Source: a virus. From it: DNA of 64,000 nucleotides. The DNA lies in the IMG/VR virus record IMGVR_UViG_3300007609_000005, positions 68,460 to 132,459 of that record; one strand, 5' to 3'. The notes beneath the pieces were generated by a model, which was given only the letters and a program-made list of their open reading frames with translations, did not search any database and was not told the origin of the DNA. The translations under genes were made by a program, and so were the position numbers. Of the stretch, positions 60,180 to 64,000 are shown piece by piece (positions within the stretch are counted from its first letter, which is position 1; each line of letters opens with the position of its first letter).

Positions 60180-60756
60180 ATACTTTTTTGTTTCATATGG
60201 CGGTGTAGGTGCCCATATGATGTTAGACATCTTTAAAAATGTTGAAATGGTGAATATCGATTCTTTTCAAAAACACCATATAAAAACCCCACCTAAATCA
60301 TTTGGAACAGACACCAAAGTAGTTTATTTATATGGTGATCCATATAATGCCATACTTTCTTATTTCAGAAGACGAAAACAAGAGTATATAACTTGGACCA
60401 AAAAACACTGTGAGAATATTAGAGGTGATTATAAAAAAATGGATATCAATTGGGATGTTAAAGATTATCTTAAAAATGGCGAAGACCTTTTCAAATTAGA
60501 AGAACATTTCGACAATTGGACGAATGTCACCGAAAAAGATTATGAGATATGCACATTCAAATATGAAGATACTCCGAATAATATCGAAAAGTTATATGGT
60601 TTTTTAGATATAATAGAACCCAAACACAAAACCCCATTCAAACCAAGAAGGTCTGATTGGAGAAACGAAGACCAGGAAACTAAGGAATTGCTTAAAAATA
60701 TGTATGGTGCTTTCTATGAAAAATATGACAATCACCCATCATTCAATATATATTAA
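60157..60756 (+). CDS. sulfotransferase-like protein
   Basis: SYGGVG, VYLYGDPYNAILSYF, HFDNW, FKYE. Confidence 0.55.
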   Translation: MNGSNTFKYFFVSYGGVGAHMMLDIFKNVEMVNIDSFQKHHIKTPPKSFGTDTKVVYLYGDPYNAILSYFRRRKQEYITWTKKHCENIRGDYKKMDINWDVKDYLKNGEDLFKLEEHFDNWTNVTEKDYEICTFKYEDTPNNIEKLYGFLDIIEPKHKTPFKPRRSDWRNEDQETKELLKNMYGAFYEKYDNHPSFNIY

Positions 60757-60759
60757 CAT

Positions 60760-61635
60760 ATGAAAGTAGCAGTATTCAATAATAGCAATGATATTCTATA
60801 TGATAAGATGATGGGAAGACCCTTCTCATTTAACATAGATAAAATTGAAATACTTTCCTCTTTGGAAGATGCTGATTATATACTTGGATATATCGGTATA
60901 AACGAATGCAACAAACTATTCACAGAAATATGTCAAACAAAAGAATATGAGAAATATTCACATAAATTTGTCTTTATGGCAATACACGATAACCCAAAAT
61001 TTGCATATAAGGACAAAAAATCAATAAAATTCATAGCACAACCACTACATAACCACTTGGTCAACTCTGAACACAATGTAATTGTACACCCAATACAAAT
61101 GAGGAAATTTGAGTATGAAATAATTAAAGATACCGAATTCATAGAAGAACTCAGACAAGCCCCGAAAGAATATGATTTCACATTTATTGGGAATATGACA
61201 TTACCAAACCGAGGATTTCTCCGAAACATAAATTACCCCATGTCAAACATAAGACACGGCAAGAAAATATGGAAACTCCAAAAAATCGAAGATAGAGTTC
61301 CCGTATTAAAGGATTTTTACCGTGAATTGGCAAGATCACGGTTTTCATTTTGTCCAAGGGGTGTTGGATCATCCTCTTTCAGATTATACCAATCACTTAT
61401 GGTGGGCAGTATTCCAATAGTATTCGGAATGAATGATTATCCATTTGAAAAAGAAGTGGATTGGGATTCATTTTCAATAAGAAATATATCAAAGACTACA
61501 GATTTCGAACAATATATAAAAAATGTCGATTATGACTCAATGAGAAGAAATGGTATGGATTTTTGGGACCGGTTTGTTGATATGAGAAAGTGTGACGAAA
61601 GGCTATTTCAAATTTTAAAAAATAGATTAGGATAA
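60760..61635 (+). CDS. exostosin/GT47-like glycosyltransferase
   Basis: FTFIG, SRFSFCPRGVGSSSFRLYQSLMVGSIPIV. Confidence 0.8.
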   Translation: MKVAVFNNSNDILYDKMMGRPFSFNIDKIEILSSLEDADYILGYIGINECNKLFTEICQTKEYEKYSHKFVFMAIHDNPKFAYKDKKSIKFIAQPLHNHLVNSEHNVIVHPIQMRKFEYEIIKDTEFIEELRQAPKEYDFTFIGNMTLPNRGFLRNINYPMSNIRHGKKIWKLQKIEDRVPVLKDFYRELARSRFSFCPRGVGSSSFRLYQSLMVGSIPIVFGMNDYPFEKEVDWDSFSIRNISKTTDFEQYIKNVDYDSMRRNGMDFWDRFVDMRKCDERLFQILKNRLG

Positions 61636-62369
61636 TGAATTACATTAAAGTGGGTAAATTGGCAGGTAGAATGGGACACCAATTGGCAGAATGGAACACT
61701 GCATTAAGTGTAGCAGAATATTATGCATTGGGATTCATACACCAACCACTGAAACATGGGTGGGAAGATAAATTTAAATTTGGAGAAAATGAACTTAGAC
61801 AGAATTCCATAAAATTCAACAACATTATAAACTTACCAAAATTCAATCGAACTGATATAGAATCTATACGACCACAAATAGAATCAAATGACAATACGTT
61901 ATTTATATTAGCAGATAGTCAAAATTTGGAAAGCCACTGGATAACAGAAAAGATACTCAAAGATAAGTGGAAAACATCACCCATAAATCAACCATTCGAA
62001 GAAGGCTTTAATATCGGAATACACATACGAAGAGGTGATGTGACAAAAGAAAGGTATCCAAATAGATGGGTAAGTAATAATGAATATGTAGAAATTATTG
62101 AAACACATCTAAGTAAATATAAAAACTACAAACTCCATATTTTCTCAGAAGGTACCGAAAATGAATTCAAAGAATTCAAAAATCACAACCCAATATTCCA
62201 TTTGAATGGTGATCAATATAAGACATTTAACAAAATGGTCAAATGTGATGTATTGGTGACCGGGAAATCCGGATATTCATATTTTGCATCCATAATATCA
62301 GAAGGAGATATTATTGCAATCCCTTTTTGGCATTCATATCCCAATATCAAAAGAATAACTAAATTGTGA
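61635..62369 (+). CDS. fucosyltransferase-like protein (GT11/GT23)
   Basis: GRMGHQL, IGIHIRRGD, IFSE, KSGYSY. Confidence 0.75.
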   Translation: MNYIKVGKLAGRMGHQLAEWNTALSVAEYYALGFIHQPLKHGWEDKFKFGENELRQNSIKFNNIINLPKFNRTDIESIRPQIESNDNTLFILADSQNLESHWITEKILKDKWKTSPINQPFEEGFNIGIHIRRGDVTKERYPNRWVSNNEYVEIIETHLSKYKNYKLHIFSEGTENEFKEFKNHNPIFHLNGDQYKTFNKMVKCDVLVTGKSGYSYFASIISEGDIIAIPFWHSYPNIKRITKL

Positions 62370-62424
62370 TTAAATTCAATGAAAAGTATGAATATGGCAT
62401 TTAATACTTAATATATAGTTTATT

Positions 62425-62742
62425 ATGGAAATTAAACGATTCAACCAATTCAACGAAAACTCAACAGATTACGACATAGATGATGTTGATGTTGCAGGAC
62501 TTAGAGACACAAAGGGGAATGTGAAAACACACACAGGACCAGATAGAAGACAACAGAACTTCTCAGATTATTACCACGGAAAACGTATTGTCGGTAAATC
62601 TAAATATGAGTTAAATGATGCAGTTTTTAAAATGGCCGAAAGAGATGATGAAATAGGCATTTTAGCACAGTACATCCTTCAATTAGAAAGGGATTCTATG
62701 GCAATGGACTACGAGATTAAACATGATACAGGCATTGCATAA
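62425..62742 (+). CDS. putative internal virion protein
   Basis: MEIKRFNQFNE; TAATATATA at 62409-62417. Confidence 0.65.
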   Translation: MEIKRFNQFNENSTDYDIDDVDVAGLRDTKGNVKTHTGPDRRQQNFSDYYHGKRIVGKSKYELNDAVFKMAERDDEIGILAQYILQLERDSMAMDYEIKHDTGIA

Positions 62743-62881
62743 TAATATTTATTGTGCCTAACGGTTGGGTTTATGTAAATGGAAAACATTATGATGCGGA
62801 AGAGGTAAATGGTGTTATAAATTTTTATGATTTACCAATTTTCAGACGACATGCTGATCAGAACGATGAACGGAACACTTA

Positions 62882-62974
62882 CACATAACGGTTTTTAATA
62901 TGAAAAGCAGCACCGAACAGACGTTTCAATTTAGCACAATGCCTGCCGCTGTTTTTGATATTTATTGTTGTGTG
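62882..62974 (+). repeat. attC-like imperfect inverted repeat
   Basis: CACATAAC...AATATGAAAAGCAGC / GCTGTTTTTGATATT...GTTGTGTG. Confidence 0.6.
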
Positions 62975-63093
62975 GAGCGTGGGTTTCAGGCGTTGGCCTT
63001 AGTTTATTTTTTGAAGGGCGGGAATTATTTTTACCCAAATGTTTGGGCATTACGATATTTATCCGTATATTTGGTGAAACAAACACAGAAATT

Positions 63094-63408
63094 ATGAAGC
63101 AAGAACAAAAACTTTTTAATCTCATTGAAAATCTTGATGAGGACAATATGAGCGAAACTTCATTTTCGTTTCACGACATTAGCGACCATATTAATGGTTC
63201 TAAATTTAGATGCTACCATTCAGATGGATATTCATTTGAAATCCTTAGAGAGTTTTCTGCCGATGAAGGAGAAGCTGGTTTGCTTGATACTGATGAAGAA
63301 GGATATTGGTATAACTATTACGACCTATCAGAAGATACAACTGGATACAAAGAATTGCCGATTAAAAACGCAATTAAGATGGTTATGGATGAAGGTGTGT
63401 TCGTATGA
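63094..63408 (+). CDS. acidic hypothetical protein (cassette gene 1)
   Basis: Start MKQEQK after TATATTTG at 63066-63073. Confidence 0.65.
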   Translation: MKQEQKLFNLIENLDEDNMSETSFSFHDISDHINGSKFRCYHSDGYSFEILREFSADEGEAGLLDTDEEGYWYNYYDLSEDTTGYKELPIKNAIKMVMDEGVFV

Positions 63409-63779
63409 AACTATACGTAAGTCATTCTCCTGCAAACGGGAAAATCAAGCGTGGCACTTTCAAGGTTCGCTGGAGCAAATCAATTAAAGATCAAAAGACA
63501 ATAGGAGGTAAAATCGTTATAACTGTTTATGGCGACACTAAACAAGAAGTAAACGATTTGGCGGCTCATTTGGTTGAAATATACAATATGGAGAAGAAAG
63601 AAATAGTTGACTGGCTACAATTGAACAAGGATGAACTTTCCTTTAATCGTATTGAAACGAAAAACGGCATTCCTCAAGGTACTTTGAGCAAAGTTGTCAA
63701 GGGTAAAATCAAACTTCCGAAAAAGTGGGAACCTGTCCTAATCGCTTTGCAAAAGCGAATGTGCGGTGGGAAAAAATAA
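63405..63779 (+). CDS. protein with C-terminal HTH (cassette gene 2)
   Basis: LSFNRIETKNGIPQGTLSKVVKG HTH-like segment. Confidence 0.65.
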   Translation: MKLYVSHSPANGKIKRGTFKVRWSKSIKDQKTIGGKIVITVYGDTKQEVNDLAAHLVEIYNMEKKEIVDWLQLNKDELSFNRIETKNGIPQGTLSKVVKGKIKLPKKWEPVLIALQKRMCGGKK

Positions 63780-63783
63780 ATTG

Positions 63784-63915
63784 CACACAACGGTTACAAA
63801 TATATGTAATTTTTGGTATGTTTGAAAAATAAAACTTAAATAATATGAATAAAGATAATAAGAACACAGAACTTGATAACACGGATAAAAAATTACATAT
63901 ATCTGATGTTATAGT
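63784..63915 (+). repeat. attC-like imperfect inverted repeat
   Basis: CACACAAC...TATATGTAATTTTT / AAAAATTACATATA...GTTATAGT. Confidence 0.6.
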
Positions 63916-64000
63916 TAGTTCATCTATGTGGTATGATAATTTTAAAATTGGTGATACAATAAGATACGATATTAATATTAATTACAGAAAGACTGGTGAA
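63845..64000 (+). CDS. hypothetical protein, 3'-truncated; its start lies inside the attC-like hairpin
   Basis: MNKDNKNTELDNTDKKLHISDVIVSSSMWY..., open to the window end. Confidence 0.55.
   Translation, partial: MNKDNKNTELDNTDKKLHISDVIVSSSMWYDNFKIGDTIRYDININYRKTGE

Noticed and set aside
62900-63097. 65-aa ORF and the 5' extension of ORF 62965
   Set aside because: Both overlap the attC-like hairpin and the promoter; the likely gene starts at 63094.
1-64000. Stop-codon reassignment, as seen in some large phages
   Set aside because: Conserved genes are full length in code 11, and TAA, TAG and TGA all end genes at sensible boundaries.
1-64000. Bacterial chromosome or eukaryotic giant-virus origin
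   Set aside because: Housekeeping genes are scattered among small hypotheticals together with T4-like neck and terminase genes. Promoters, chaperones and the attenuator are bacterial-type.
1-64000. tRNA, rRNA or CRISPR arrays
   Set aside because: Intergenic gaps are short, and I saw no cloverleaf or regularly spaced direct repeats by eye; tRNAscan-SE would be needed to exclude tRNAs.

Overview
This AT-rich, gene-dense window reads as part of a very large (jumbo/mega) T4-like dsDNA phage, probably infecting Bacteroidota. Support: a T4 gp13-like neck gene, a terminase-like ATPase, free-standing GIY-YIG/NUMOD/HNH endonucleases, about 50 small hypothetical genes and many TAnnTTTG (Bacteroidota -7) promoter boxes. 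Host-like genes include three class Ia aminoacyl-tRNA synthetases (partial ValRS, LeuRS, IleRS), dnaK/grpE/dnaJ, an N-domain-less ClpC, prs, folA, metK, MazG, an RNA ligase, CYTH and Pth2-like proteins, and a 12-gene glycosyl/sulfo/methyltransferase operon. Main observations: (1) a 19-codon leader with four tandem Ile codons plus antiterminator and terminator in front of ileS, i.e. a ribosome-mediated attenuator in a phage; (2) LeuRS and ValRS lack the CP1 editing domain; (3) two mutually exclusive protein tags: an N-terminal T4 capsid-targeting-like motif on about 19 genes behind a TAATATATA box (cargo includes ART-like, SMODS-associated NUDIX, GNAT and ParB-like proteins), and a C-terminal R-x-x-K-[LI]-x-x-[LI]-L helix on about 17 unrelated small proteins; (4) a catalytically degenerate terminase ATPase; (5) attC-like hairpins bracketing a gene cassette at the right end. 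No tRNA, rRNA or CRISPR array was recognised. All calls come from reading motifs by eye; no searches were run.
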